NCBI GenBank assembly: GCA_963707045.1
Contig: CAVPOV010000014.1
Location: 62,643-126,642, forward strand
Direction: 5' to 3'
Source of the DNA: an uncultured delta proteobacterium
GTDB taxonomy: Bacteria; Desulfobacterota; Deferrisomatia; Deferrisomatales; JACRMM01
Length of the DNA stretch: 64,000 bases
Every line of letters starts with the position of its first letter. Position 1 is the stretch's first letter. A program made the position numbers and the translations under genes. Below the pieces are notes generated by a model. The model was not told the origin of the DNA, made no database searches, and saw only the letters and a list, made by a program, of their open reading frames with translations. Shown in pieces: positions 17,782 to 29,104 of the stretch.

Positions 17782-17861
17782 GGGGACGCAACTGAAATCA
17801 ACACATTCCTCCTCCCGGGCAACCGAGGGGAGGGACGACGCGAGGGGGAAGTTGCGTCCCC
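17782..17861. repeat. 12-bp inverted repeat (hairpin element B), related to element A
   Basis: GGGGACGCAACT (17782-17793), a 56-nt loop, then AGTTGCGTCCCC (17850-17861). The first 20 nt GGGGACGCAACTGAAATCAA versus GGGGACGTAACCGAAATCAT in element A differ at 3 positions. Confidence 0.65.
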
Positions 17862-17866
17862 GTTGA

Positions 17867-18380
17867 CTACTCACTTCTCTCCTGCACGCTCCCCAGAACC
17901 ACCGCCCACCCCGTGGCGATCCACCGCGTCGACCCCTTCGGCGTCCCGTCGAGATAGCGCAGTCGGTTCACCAGCCCCTCGTCGAGCACCGCGCCGGTAC
18001 CGGCGGAGCGTTCGCTCGCGGCCAGCACCCAGGCGATGTCGGTGAGGCTCACGGTGCGCTCGGCTAAGCCGCCCTCGCCCCCGTCGATCCGGACCCTCCC
18101 CCTTGAGCTGGTCCGACGATGCGGCAGCGTCGGTCGCCGCTTCCGACCCAGCCGCCTGGGCCCGGGTCTGCCAGCACCTGCGCCACCAGTTCCCGCGCCT
18201 TCTCGTCCCAACGTCCCACGCCCAGGTACCGCCACGGTTCCCCGGGTCCGCTTCGCCCGAGCACGAAGGAGGTCTCTCCCGGGTGCCCCTGGGTCGCGGC
18301 CAGAGTCACGCAGTCGGGGTGGAGAGAGATCCCTCGCCTTCGAGCAGGAAAAGAGGTGACCGTCCACCCGGGACCACGGC
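17867..18380 (-). pseudogene. degraded ORF of unknown function
   Basis: Two minus frames each carry protein-like sequence: ...GETSFVLGRSGPGEPWRYLGVGRWDEKARELVAQVLA and ...RVRIDGGEGGLAERTVSLTDIAWVLAASERSAGTGAVLDEGLVNRLRYLDGTPKGSTRWIATGW. No family was recognised, and part of it is repeated at 19256-19329. Confidence 0.3.
17991..18064. repeat. 74-bp direct repeat, copy 1
   Basis: Matches 19256-19329 with 5 mismatches. It encodes ..AERTVSLTDIAWVLAASER..GTGA on the minus strand in both copies. Confidence 0.8.
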
Positions 18381-18430
18381 CCCCGCGGCAGGCCGGAGAG
18401 GCCGAAGCTGCCCTGACGGGGATGACGCCG

Positions 18431-18823
18431 TCACACGGCGTCGTCCAGCAGCCGCGCCACGCGGCCCAAGAGTTGGCGCAGTTGGCCGACGGCCACTTCG
18501 CGGTCCAGCGGCGGTTCCTCCTCTTCGAGTGCCTGGTAACGGAACTGAACCCCGAAGGGGTTGTACTCCACCAGGTCCCATAGCGCTTCGACTTCGACGC
18601 CGTGTCCCTGGAGCACCGTGATGAGGGTGGCGAGATTGTGGGTCAGGGGGTATTCCTGGCCGAGCGCCGCGATCCAGGCCTTCAAGGCCTTCCCAGCGGC
18701 CTGCTGCGCGTGGAATCCGAACACCTCATCCGCGAACACCTCCGCGTCGCTCATTCCGCCCAGTGCCCGCAGGTCCTTCTCGGCCATCGCGAGCAGGGCC
18801 GCTGCATTCTCTCGCTCGCTCAT
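18431..18823 (-). CDS. HEPN domain protein (pair 1)
   Basis: MSERENAAALLAMAEKDLRAL...FGFHAQQAAGKALKAWI...NPFGVQFRYQ is the typical small HEPN protein partnered with a minimal nucleotidyltransferase. Confidence 0.8.
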   Translation of the reverse strand: MSERENAAALLAMAEKDLRALGGMSDAEVFADEVFGFHAQQAAGKALKAWIAALGQEYPLTHNLATLITVLQGHGVEVEALWDLVEYNPFGVQFRYQALEEEEPPLDREVAVGQLRQLLGRVARLLDDAV

Positions 18824-19148
18824 AGAGGACCCTGCCTTCCCGAAGCGCATGCGCCACCACGTGATTTCGGGTGTTTGCCCAGTGCTCGGCTTCTTCGGCG
18901 GTGTAGACGAGGATGTCCTGGGAAACCGGGAACCGCGCGAGGGCGCGCGACAGCCTAGCCATCTCCCGCCGCCGGCTGCGGCCCGGGCCGAAGGGCTTGT
19001 CCTCGATGACGAGGAAATCCACGTCCGACGCCGGCCCAGCCGCGCCTCTGGCGTGAGACCCGAAGAGGACGATCTTCCGAGGTTTCGCCTCACGGACGAG
19101 GATCTCGGTCATTTCCTCGACGAGCCTCTCGACGGCCTGAGCGGTCAT
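18726..19148 (-). CDS. minimal nucleotidyltransferase (MNT/NTase-fold, pair 1)
   Basis: KIVLFGSHARGAAGPASDVDFLV matches the NTase motif GS-x9-12-DxD. The ORF tail overlaps the HEPN gene by 98 nt in another frame. Confidence 0.8.
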   Translation of the reverse strand: MTAQAVERLVEEMTEILVREAKPRKIVLFGSHARGAAGPASDVDFLVIEDKPFGPGRSRRREMARLSRALARFPVSQDILVYTAEEAEHWANTRNHVVAHALREGRVLYERARECSGPARDGREGPAGTGRNERRGGVRG

Positions 19149-19255
19149 CTTCCGCCTCCCTGACTACCGGCGCCGGAGAAGGTGCCGGGCGCCCACATCG
19201 CTCTTCTAGTCCAATGCGAGGTGTGATTCCAGCCGATTGATCTAAGACCCCGAAG

Positions 19256-19329
19256 GCGCCGGTCCCGGCGGCCCGTTCGCTCGCGGCGAGCACCCAGGCG
19301 ATGTCGGTGAGGCTCACGGTGCGCTCCGC
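19256..19329. repeat. 74-bp direct repeat, copy 2
   Basis: See 17991-18064. Confidence 0.8.
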
Positions 19330-19445
19330 AGGCCGACGGGACGTTCTTGCTCTTCTCGCCTTGTCGTTGACCACACCGGGTGACGACGGGGGACGTCCTA
19401 CGCCCTCCGCGCAACGGGCCGGCTACCGGGGATGGGGCCGGAACC

Positions 19446-22400
19446 TCACGGTGAGGCGAGCTTGCGGCCGCAGTTGGGGCAGGTCTCGGCGCCCGGGCGG
19501 AGGTGCCCGAGGCAGTGGGAGCAGTGGGAGGATACGGTCCGGCGCACGCCGGCCACCCCGATGACCGGGCCGGGGCGCTTCTTCGGTTGGCTCCCGGCGG
19601 CGGGTCGGGTCTCGGCGTGCCCGGCGCTGTGGCCCCGGCCCGCGCCGGCGAAGGCGGCGAAGGCGGGCGCCCCTGCCCGGGCGTAGAAGTCGAAGCCGGC
19701 GCCTTCCTCCGTCCAGTCCTCCTCCATCAGGTATTCGCCGCTGTCCTCTGCCTCGGTTTCGGAGCGCCGGACTCGTGCCACCCACGCGGGGGCGCCTTCG
19801 TCCAACCGGGCCTGCACGCGGGAACGGAGGCCGACGAGCTCCTCCTGGAGCCCGGGGGTCTTCGCCCGCAGCTCGTTCAGGGCCCGCTCCAGCGTCTCCG
19901 GGGGCGGGACGCCGTCGACCAAGGCGTCGGGACCCAGGGCGGCGCAGACGGAGATCCGTCGGTCGGCCTTGGCGAGCCGGGCCTTCTGCTCCGCCCAGCG
20001 CCCCTCCTCTCCGGACAGCGCCGCGCGTTCCTCCTCCCACGCGGACCGGCGCTCCTGCAGCCGGGCTTCGCTCTCCCGGAGGCCGGCCTCCTCGGCCGCG
20101 AGCTTGGACCGTTCCTCGCCGAGGCGGAGCTTCTCTTCCGCGATCCGTCCCGCCTCCCGCTCCATGTCCGAGGACTCCTGGGCGAGGCGCCGGGCCCACG
20201 CATCCAGGTCGGCGTTCTCCCGGGCGAGGGCGCCGTCTTCGGCGGCGAGCCGCTCCACCTCGGCGGCCAGGGCACGGTGCGCCCGCTCCCACGCCTCCAC
20301 CTCCCCGGCCAGGTGCGCCTCCTGCCCGGCGAGGTCGCCGGCCGCCGCGGCCAGGTCGTCTCGGATCGCCGCCCAATCCGTCTGGGCTCGGGCCAGCTCC
20401 GCGGCCTCCCGGTGGTGCTCCTGCTCCGCCTCCCGCAGCGAGCCCGCCCGCAGCTCGAGCCGCGCGTCGTCCTCCTCGATCCGGGCCTGCTCGGCCGCGA
20501 TCCGCTGGCGGTGGTCGGCCAGGGTCGCGGCGGCTCTGGCGAGCTGCTCCCGCCCGTCCGCCACGCGGGCCCTGCCCTTCTCGATCCGGTCCCGCTCTTC
20601 GGCCAGCCGGGCTTCGAACCGCTCCAGCCGGGCGGCCTCCGCCCGCCGTTCCTCCCGGACGACTCCCAGGCGGGCCTCGTCTTCCGCGAGGCGGGCCAGC
20701 TCCCCGTCCAGGCCTTCCAGCTCCGCGGCCAGCGCGGCCCGCTTCGCGCCGAGGCCGGCCCTCGACTCCTCGAGGAGGGCCTGGCTTCGCTGCCACGCCG
20801 CCCGCTGCGCCGCGAGGTCGGCGTCCGCGGCGGCCAACCCCTCTTCCCACGTCGCCAGCCGGAGCCTCTCGGCGGCGATGGCTTCCTCCTCCGCCGCGCG
20901 CTCGGAGCGGACGGTGGCCGCGAACGCTTCGTCCTCCCGCAGCGCCTGCTCCCGGGCCGCCAGCGCGTCCGCGTCCGCCCGCAGCCCGGTCTCCGCCGCG
21001 GTCAGCGCGGCCCGCTCGGCCCGGAGGTCCGCCTGCTCCGCCGCCAACGCGTCCCGCGCCCCCCCGGCGGCTTCCCGTTCCGATCCCCGCTTCCGCTCCT
21101 CCTTGAGAGATGCCGCTGTTTCGTCGAGACCTCTCTTCTCCGTCGCGAAGGAGCGCCGCTCCTGCTGCAGGCTTTTCCTCTGGCCCTGCAGGTCGCGCTC
21201 CTTTCCCAGGAGCGCCTCCCGCGCCGCGGCCGACTCGGCCGCTCTCCGGGCAAGCGTCTCCCGCTCTTCCCCGAGCCGGGCCTGCTCCCCTTCCCGCACC
21301 GCCGGGTCCTGCGCCTCGCTCCCCCCGGCGAGGGCCCTCTCCTCCTTGGAGAGCTTCTTCCGCGCCCTCCCGAGCGCCCCCTTCGCTCCGGAGAGCTTCT
21401 TCTTCTCCTGGGCGAGCACTTCCGCCTCGCCTTCGCACGCCTGGAGCGCCCGGGTGTTCGCCCGCCTTCGCCGCGCGAGGTCCTTGCGGGCCGCCGCCAG
21501 TTCCCTCTCGGCCCGATCCAGCTCCTCGGGCGTCCGGACCGGAGCGGCGGCCAGGGCTTCGAGCTCGCCCCGGCGGCGGGCGAGGGCGGCCGACTGCTCC
21601 TCCCAGCGACGCATCCTCTCCGCCAGGGCGTCCTCCGCCTGCCGCAGCGCCTCCCGCTCCCCGGCCAGGAGCTCTCGGCTCTCGGCCAGCGCCGTCTCCC
21701 GCGCTTCCACCCGGGCCGCCCAGGTCCTCGCCCCGGCTTCCCGGGCGGCGAGGCCGGCTTTATCCCTCTCGAGCCGCCCGCGGTCGGCGGCGAGCTCTTC
21801 TCCGCGGCGCTGGTTGTCGCGGCCCCGCTCGTCCAGGTCTGCTTCCTCCGCGGCGGCCCGGCTGGCTTCCGCTTCGAGCCCTGCCCGCGCCTCGACGCGG
21901 CAGGCCCGCCGCCCCTCGACCTCCTCCCGGGCGGATGCCAGGGCCCCACTCTCGTCCGCCAGGGCGCGCTCGGCTTCGCGGTGAGCGGCCAGGTCCCGCT
22001 CGAACTCGGCCCGGTCCGCGGACAGTGCCCCTTCCCGCTCCCGAAGGGCGGCCTCCCACTCCTTCACCTTCTGCACGCCCGCGTCGTACTTCTCGGTGTG
22101 ACCGGCCGTGGCGTGCCGGCGCTCGGCGAGTCGGTCCCGTTCCCCCGCCAGCCGGGCCCTCGCCTCCTCCAGCGCGGCCGCCTGCGCCGCCAGGTCCCGG
22201 CTCCGTCGCCCGTGGGCCTCGCGGCGGCCCGCGAGCGCCGCCCCGCTCTCGGAATGCTCCTTCTCCCGCCGACCGACGACCCGTCTCCCGTCCCCCAGCT
22301 CTTCCTGCCGGCGTCCCAGGACCCCGCGGGCGGCGGTCAGCTTCTCCTGTCGCACCGCCGCCGTCTGCCGGCCCTCGACCTGCGCGGCCGCCCCGCGCGC

Positions 22401-23360
22401 GTGGGCTGCCCGCCGCTGGGCCAGGGTCTCTCCCGCCTCGACCCACTGCTGCCTGCGGAGGACGATCTGTCTCCCGTCGTGGACGAGCGCCGCCTCGCGG
22501 GCGCCGCACCTCCGCCCCCGCTCGTCGAGCACCGCCCTCACGTTGCCGAGCCGCTCCTCCTGCCGGACGAGCTCGGCCTCCTGCTGCTCCAGCCGCTGCC
22601 GATGTCCCGCCAGCCGGGCCCCTTCCTCTGCGAGGACCTGCTCGCCCGTGACGACCTCGGTCAGGAGCTCGATCCGTCTCCGGTGGAGGTCGAACCGGTG
22701 ACGGGCTTCGGGGAACGCGCGGCCGACCGAGAGCTTCCATCGGTTGCTCGCCCGCTCGGCGGCGGATTTCTCGACGGCGTCGAAGTTCTCGTCGTCGGCC
22801 CACCGGACGGCGAAGCCGTTGACGCTCCACCCGAGGGGAGTGGTCTCCGCGGTGAAGACCTTCTCCAGCGCCCGCTCGAGATAGGCCGCTCCCTCGCCGA
22901 AGTCGGCGTCCGCCCACTGCTGGAAGGGCGCTTCCAGACGCTTCGACAACCGGTGCGCCAGGTCGTCCGCCGCCAGCGCGGTGTGGCCTGCCAGCATCTC
23001 CACGAGGCCGCCGAGGTGGAAGGGCTTGCACGAGAGGGTGGCCGAGAGCTCGCAGTACCTGCGAGCGCCCGCGCCGTCCTCGCTTTCCAGGTCCAGGTGG
23101 AGGCGAAAGGGATCGGCGACGACGAGGAGCACGTCCGGCGGGGTGGCCCCGGCCAGCAGGCGCCGAACCCACGTGAGCCCGGCGCCGGTGCGCTCGGTGC
23201 CCCGCGTCAGCACGTCGAGGCACTTGCCCTCGTGGTAGACGCAGAGCTGGTCGCCGACCCCCACCGTGAACCCGTCCTCGAGCAGCGCGACGAGCTCCAC
23301 GGGGGCGAGGCTCTTAGCGATGGTCTGGTTTCCGTAGATCTTCCAGTTCACGATCGACAC
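19446..23360 (-). CDS. 1304-aa protein with an N-terminal globular domain (possibly SPFH/Band7-like), about 950 aa of A/E/R/L-rich coiled coil, and a C-terminal zinc ribbon
   Basis: A single uninterrupted ORF. The start is chosen at GTG 23360, 5 nt after AGGTGG. The N-terminus reads VSIVNWKIYGNQTIAKSLAPVELVALLEDGFTVGVGDQLCVYHEG... The long heptad-like region reads ...LAAEQADLRAERAALTAAETGLRADADALAAREQAL... The C-terminus is CSHCLGHLRPGAETCPNCGRKL. Confidence 0.85.
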   Translation of the reverse strand: MSIVNWKIYGNQTIAKSLAPVELVALLEDGFTVGVGDQLCVYHEGKCLDVLTRGTERTGAGLTWVRRLLAGATPPDVLLVVADPFRLHLDLESEDGAGARRYCELSATLSCKPFHLGGLVEMLAGHTALAADDLAHRLSKRLEAPFQQWADADFGEGAAYLERALEKVFTAETTPLGWSVNGFAVRWADDENFDAVEKSAAERASNRWKLSVGRAFPEARHRFDLHRRRIELLTEVVTGEQVLAEEGARLAGHRQRLEQQEAELVRQEERLGNVRAVLDERGRRCGAREAALVHDGRQIVLRRQQWVEAGETLAQRRAAHARGAAAQVEGRQTAAVRQEKLTAARGVLGRRQEELGDGRRVVGRREKEHSESGAALAGRREAHGRRSRDLAAQAAALEEARARLAGERDRLAERRHATAGHTEKYDAGVQKVKEWEAALREREGALSADRAEFERDLAAHREAERALADESGALASAREEVEGRRACRVEARAGLEAEASRAAAEEADLDERGRDNQRRGEELAADRGRLERDKAGLAAREAGARTWAARVEARETALAESRELLAGEREALRQAEDALAERMRRWEEQSAALARRRGELEALAAAPVRTPEELDRAERELAAARKDLARRRRANTRALQACEGEAEVLAQEKKKLSGAKGALGRARKKLSKEERALAGGSEAQDPAVREGEQARLGEERETLARRAAESAAAREALLGKERDLQGQRKSLQQERRSFATEKRGLDETAASLKEERKRGSEREAAGGARDALAAEQADLRAERAALTAAETGLRADADALAAREQALREDEAFAATVRSERAAEEEAIAAERLRLATWEEGLAAADADLAAQRAAWQRSQALLEESRAGLGAKRAALAAELEGLDGELARLAEDEARLGVVREERRAEAARLERFEARLAEERDRIEKGRARVADGREQLARAAATLADHRQRIAAEQARIEEDDARLELRAGSLREAEQEHHREAAELARAQTDWAAIRDDLAAAAGDLAGQEAHLAGEVEAWERAHRALAAEVERLAAEDGALARENADLDAWARRLAQESSDMEREAGRIAEEKLRLGEERSKLAAEEAGLRESEARLQERRSAWEEERAALSGEEGRWAEQKARLAKADRRISVCAALGPDALVDGVPPPETLERALNELRAKTPGLQEELVGLRSRVQARLDEGAPAWVARVRRSETEAEDSGEYLMEEDWTEEGAGFDFYARAGAPAFAAFAGAGRGHSAGHAETRPAAGSQPKKRPGPVIGVAGVRRTVSSHCSHCLGHLRPGAETCPNCGRKLASP

Positions 23361-23429
23361 GATGCCACCTGCGCGTCCGGTTCCAACTCCTCGCGCGGTC
23401 ACGCCCACGGATACGCCGGACGGACCGCC

Positions 23430-23915
23430 CTACCTCTTATCGGCCGTTCGGGGCGCGGCTCGAAGCGAAATCAGAGCGCGAGGCGGGGGCCTGGACTGCC
23501 GGGGTCGGGGAGCAGGGCTAGTGGCTGGGGGCTCTGGGGACCGGATTTCTAGCAACGAACCGTTGTCCAGGCGACCGGGGGGCAGGCGCCTGGGTTCTGG
23601 GGCAGGATGGCCGAGGAAGTCGTAACGGAGCAACACCGCGAACGGGTTCAGTTCCTGGATGGCGGCCGTGTCGGGCGGCGGCGCGATCCGATGGTCGTCG
23701 AGGAGTTCGAGCAGGAGCTCGAGGTCGTGCACCCTCCGGAATTCCACGCCATTGGACACGAGCACGGCCTTCAGGCACTTCTCGATCGCCTGCTGGGCGT
23801 GAAAGCCGATGACCTCGTCGGCGATCTCCCGGTCGGGGACCAGCTTCTCGAAGGCCCGGAGGTCGCGGTCCGCCAGGGACAGGAACCGGCGCGCCAGGTC
23901 AGCGGCCTGCTTCAT
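23430..23915 (-). CDS. HEPN domain protein (pair 2) with a Pro-rich C-terminal tail
   Basis: [22 protein letters not shown]...IGFHAQQAIEKCLKAVL...NPFAVLLRYD is a paralogue of 18431-18823. The tail from about 23590 to 23430 is low-complexity and may not be native. Confidence 0.75.
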   Translation of the reverse strand: MKQAADLARRFLSLADRDLRAFEKLVPDREIADEVIGFHAQQAIEKCLKAVLVSNGVEFRRVHDLELLLELLDDHRIAPPPDTAAIQELNPFAVLLRYDFLGHPAPEPRRLPPGRLDNGSLLEIRSPEPPATSPAPRPRQSRPPPRALISLRAAPRTADKR

Positions 23916-24221
23916 AGAGCACCTTGCCCTCCCGAAGCGCCCAGTACAGGGCCGTTCCCGGCAGGTGACCCCAGTCGGCGGCCTCCTCCTCGGAGCAGAC
24001 GAGGAGGTCCACCGCGATGCCGAGCCGGCCCACGGCGCGCCGCAGGCGAGCCATTTCCCGGACCGCGGAGTCCACCTCCCGCTCGACGACGAGAAGATCG
24101 AGATCCGAGTTCGGGCCGGCGGTGCCCTCCGCATACGACCCGAACAGCACCACCCGCACGGGGTCTGCCGCCTCCACCAGCCGTTGCGTCACCTCTCGGA
24201 TCCGCGCCTCGCTGATAACCG

Positions 24222-24225
<4 letters not shown>
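23899..24225 (-). CDS. minimal nucleotidyltransferase (pair 2)
   Basis: [24 protein letters not shown] is the NTase motif. The homologous N-terminal helix begins at a CTG (24225) that overlaps the gyrB stop (CTGA). The first canonical start is GTG 24192. Confidence 0.7.
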
Positions 24226-26673
<2,448 letters not shown>

Positions 26674-26684
<11 letters not shown>

Positions 26685-27759
26685 GGAGGATCTGTCCCTT
26701 CTGGATGCGGAAATCCGCTCGTTCTTCGCCCCGGGGCAGGGGAACCGCCTCGGGGTCCGTCACCGCCACCAGGACCTGACCGGACCACCGGGCGAGGAAG
26801 TCGCCGAGGTAGCCGAGCCTCCGGCTGTCGAGCTCCGAGCCGGGGTCGTCGAGGAGGAAGACGGGCTCCTCCCCGAGTTGGTCGCGCCCCCAGAGCAGGA
26901 GGCCGAGCTTGAGGCTCAGCGCCAGGGTCCGCAGCTGGCCCTGGGACGCGTGGCTCTCCACCGGCCGACCGCCGATGCGCACGCGGAGCGCGTCGCGGTG
27001 GGGCCCCACCGTGGTGAAGCCCAGCCGCCGGTCGGTCTCGCGGGCCTCGGCCAGGGCTTCCCGAAAAGCTTCGAGGTCCCCCGGATCCCCCGGCCCGGAC
27101 GGATCGTAGGCCAGCCGGACCTCGTCGTTTCCCCCCGAGATGTCGCCGTGGATGGCGGCCACGGCCGGCGCCACCCCCGCAAGGGTCGCCCCCCGCGCCG
27201 CGCGCACCCGTATGGCGGCGCCGCACAGCGTCTCGTCCCACACGTCGAGACTGGAGGGGTCGCCCCGGAGCGCGAAGTTCCTCTGCCGCAACGCCCTAGT
27301 ATACTCCCGAAGGGCCCCCAGGTGGGAGGCGTCGCGGACGAAGGACGCCCGGTCCAGGTAGCGGCGGCGCTGGTCCTGGCTCCCCCTGGCGAGGTCGAGG
27401 TCCGCCGGGCTGAACAGGACGGTCTGGAAGTGGGCGAGATACTGGGCCGTGCTCTCGGGGACCTTGTCGTCGACCCAGGCGGTGCGCCCTTGCCCGTCGA
27501 GGGCGACCCGGAGGTCCACCTCTCCCTCTCGGCCGACCACCCGCCCCTTCAGGAGGGCGTTCTCTCCCCCGGCCTCGATCAGGTCCCGCGGTCGCCGCGT
27601 GCGGAAGCTCTGCAGGTTCGAGAGCAGGTGGACCGCCTCGATGAGGTTCGTCTTTCCCTGGGCGTTCTCCCCGTGGAAGACCGAGAAGCGGCGCGCCGTC
27701 TCGATCTGGGCCTCCTGCAGGTTGCGGAACCCCCGGACTCCGATCCGCAGGAGCCTCAT
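26674..27759 (-). CDS. recF: DNA replication and repair protein RecF
   Basis: [15 protein letters not shown]...[15 protein letters not shown] carries the Walker A. The SMC-like signature [15 protein letters not shown] and the Walker [12 protein letters not shown] are present. The gene sits between dnaN and gyrB. Confidence 0.95.
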
Positions 27760-27766
27760 CGCCTCG

Positions 27767-28885
27767 TCAGTCGATCCTCATGGGCATCACGACCCACAGG
27801 GAACGGGGATCGGAGGAGGTGCGGATGAGGCACGGCGAAAGTGGGTCGTTGAGGGACAGGAGGATCTCCGCGTCATCCACGGCCCGCAGCACCTCGATGA
27901 CGTAGGAGGCGTTGAAGGCCACCCGGAACCCCGGCCCCTCGTACTCCGCCTCCATCTCCTCCCGGGCGTCGCCGAAGCGGGGGTCGGCGGAGGTGAGGAT
28001 CACCGAGCCCTCCTTGGCCTCCAGGATCACGCTGCGGCTCTCCTGGTCGCTGAGCAGGGAGACGCGGCGGAGGCCGTCGAGGAACTCCTGGCGGGAGATC
28101 CGGATCCCCTCCGGGGCCTCGGCCGGGATGACCTGCTCGTAGTTGGGGAAGGCCCCGTCGATGAGGAGGACCGAGAGGAGCGCCCCCTCGAGGCGGGCGA
28201 AGAGCCTCCCCTCGGCCGTGGCCACCTCGAACTCCCCGGAGCCGTCGTCGAGCAGGGACTTCAGCTCGGACAGCGCCTTCTTCGGCACGATCACTCCCTT
28301 GGCGAAGGCCTTCACCGCGGTCTCCAGGGGGCGGTCCACCAGGCCGAGCCGGTGGCCGTCCGTCGCGACCATACGCAGGCAGGTCGTTCCCCCGGGTTCC
28401 TTGTGCGTCGTGACGTGCACCCCGCACAGGGTGAGGCGCGATTCGTCGCCGGAAGCGGCGAAGAGGGTCCGGTCGAGCATCTCCCGGAAGACCCGGGTCT
28501 CCATCTTCCCGAAGGCGTCCGGCGCGTCCGGCAGGGTCGGGAACTCCTCGGGAGACCCGCCCGGGATGTGGAACACGCTCTTCTCCGCCGACACCGTGAT
28601 TCGGAGGTTCTCCCGGACCTCGAGGTCCACCGCGGTGCGCGGCATCTCCCGGACGATCTCGTGGAGCTTTCGTCCCGGGACGGTGATGCTGCCCGGCTGG
28701 AGCACCTCGCACGCCACGTCCTGGCCCAGGCTCACCCGGAGGTCGGTGGCGGAGACCCGCAGGATCCCCTTGTCCGCTTCCAGGAGGACGCTCTCGAGGA
28801 CGGGACGGGTGCTCTTGCGTTCGAGGACCGACTGGGCCCGAGACAAGACCTCCGAGAAGGCGTCCTGGGGGATCCGGATCTTCAT
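27767..28885 (-). CDS. dnaN: DNA polymerase III beta sliding clamp
   Basis: 372-aa clean ORF starting MKIRIPQDAFSEVLSRAQSVLERKSTRPVLESVLLEA. It has the conserved position immediately downstream of dnaA. Confidence 0.95.
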   Translation of the reverse strand: MKIRIPQDAFSEVLSRAQSVLERKSTRPVLESVLLEADKGILRVSATDLRVSLGQDVACEVLQPGSITVPGRKLHEIVREMPRTAVDLEVRENLRITVSAEKSVFHIPGGSPEEFPTLPDAPDAFGKMETRVFREMLDRTLFAASGDESRLTLCGVHVTTHKEPGGTTCLRMVATDGHRLGLVDRPLETAVKAFAKGVIVPKKALSELKSLLDDGSGEFEVATAEGRLFARLEGALLSVLLIDGAFPNYEQVIPAEAPEGIRISRQEFLDGLRRVSLLSDQESRSVILEAKEGSVILTSADPRFGDAREEMEAEYEGPGFRVAFNASYVIEVLRAVDDAEILLSLNDPLSPCLIRTSSDPRSLWVVMPMRID

Positions 28886-29104
28886 GAGTCCACACCTCCT
28901 ACGGTTTACGATTTTATAAAGAAAGAGAATTCAAGATCGTAGTAGGGCCTGTGGATGCTGGGGATAAGTGGTCGCGACCGACGGTCCCCGGCGCCGGGAG
29001 CCTGTGGGCGAATCTGTGGACAAGTGTCGAGTTCTCCACAGGCCCGAGAGGGGCGGAATCTGTCCACAGGAAGGCCACAGGACCGTCCACAGGATGTCGA
29101 CAGC
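28886..29104. other. candidate oriC: DnaA-box cluster plus an AT-rich unwinding element in the dnaA-dnaN spacer
   Basis: The AT-rich stretch TTTACGATTTTATAAAGAAAGAGAATTCAAGATCGTAGTA (28905-28944) stands out in an otherwise about 70% GC context. Boxes: TGGGGATAA (28959-67), TGTGGACAA (29015-23), TTCTCCACA (29032-40), CTGTCCACA (29060-68) and CCGTCCACA (29083-91), against the consensus TTATCCACA. Confidence 0.6.

Noticed and set aside
10313-17861. Hairpin elements as CRISPR repeats or integron attC sites
   Set aside because: There are only two copies 7.4 kb apart, no spacer-repeat periodicity, no cas or intI genes, and the putative core (GTTACGT / GTTGCGT) does not fit the attC R' consensus GTTRRRY. 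They are kept as an unexplained repeat family instead.
19503-23552. 1349-aa plus-strand ORF covering the whole coiled-coil gene region
   Set aside because: It is antisense to the 19446-23360 gene. Its translation is Pro/Gly/Arg/Leu-rich low-complexity sequence with no domains. It is the expected mirror ORF of a GAG/GCG/CGC-rich coding strand at about 70% GC. The minus-strand gene has an RBS, a globular N-domain and a zinc ribbon.
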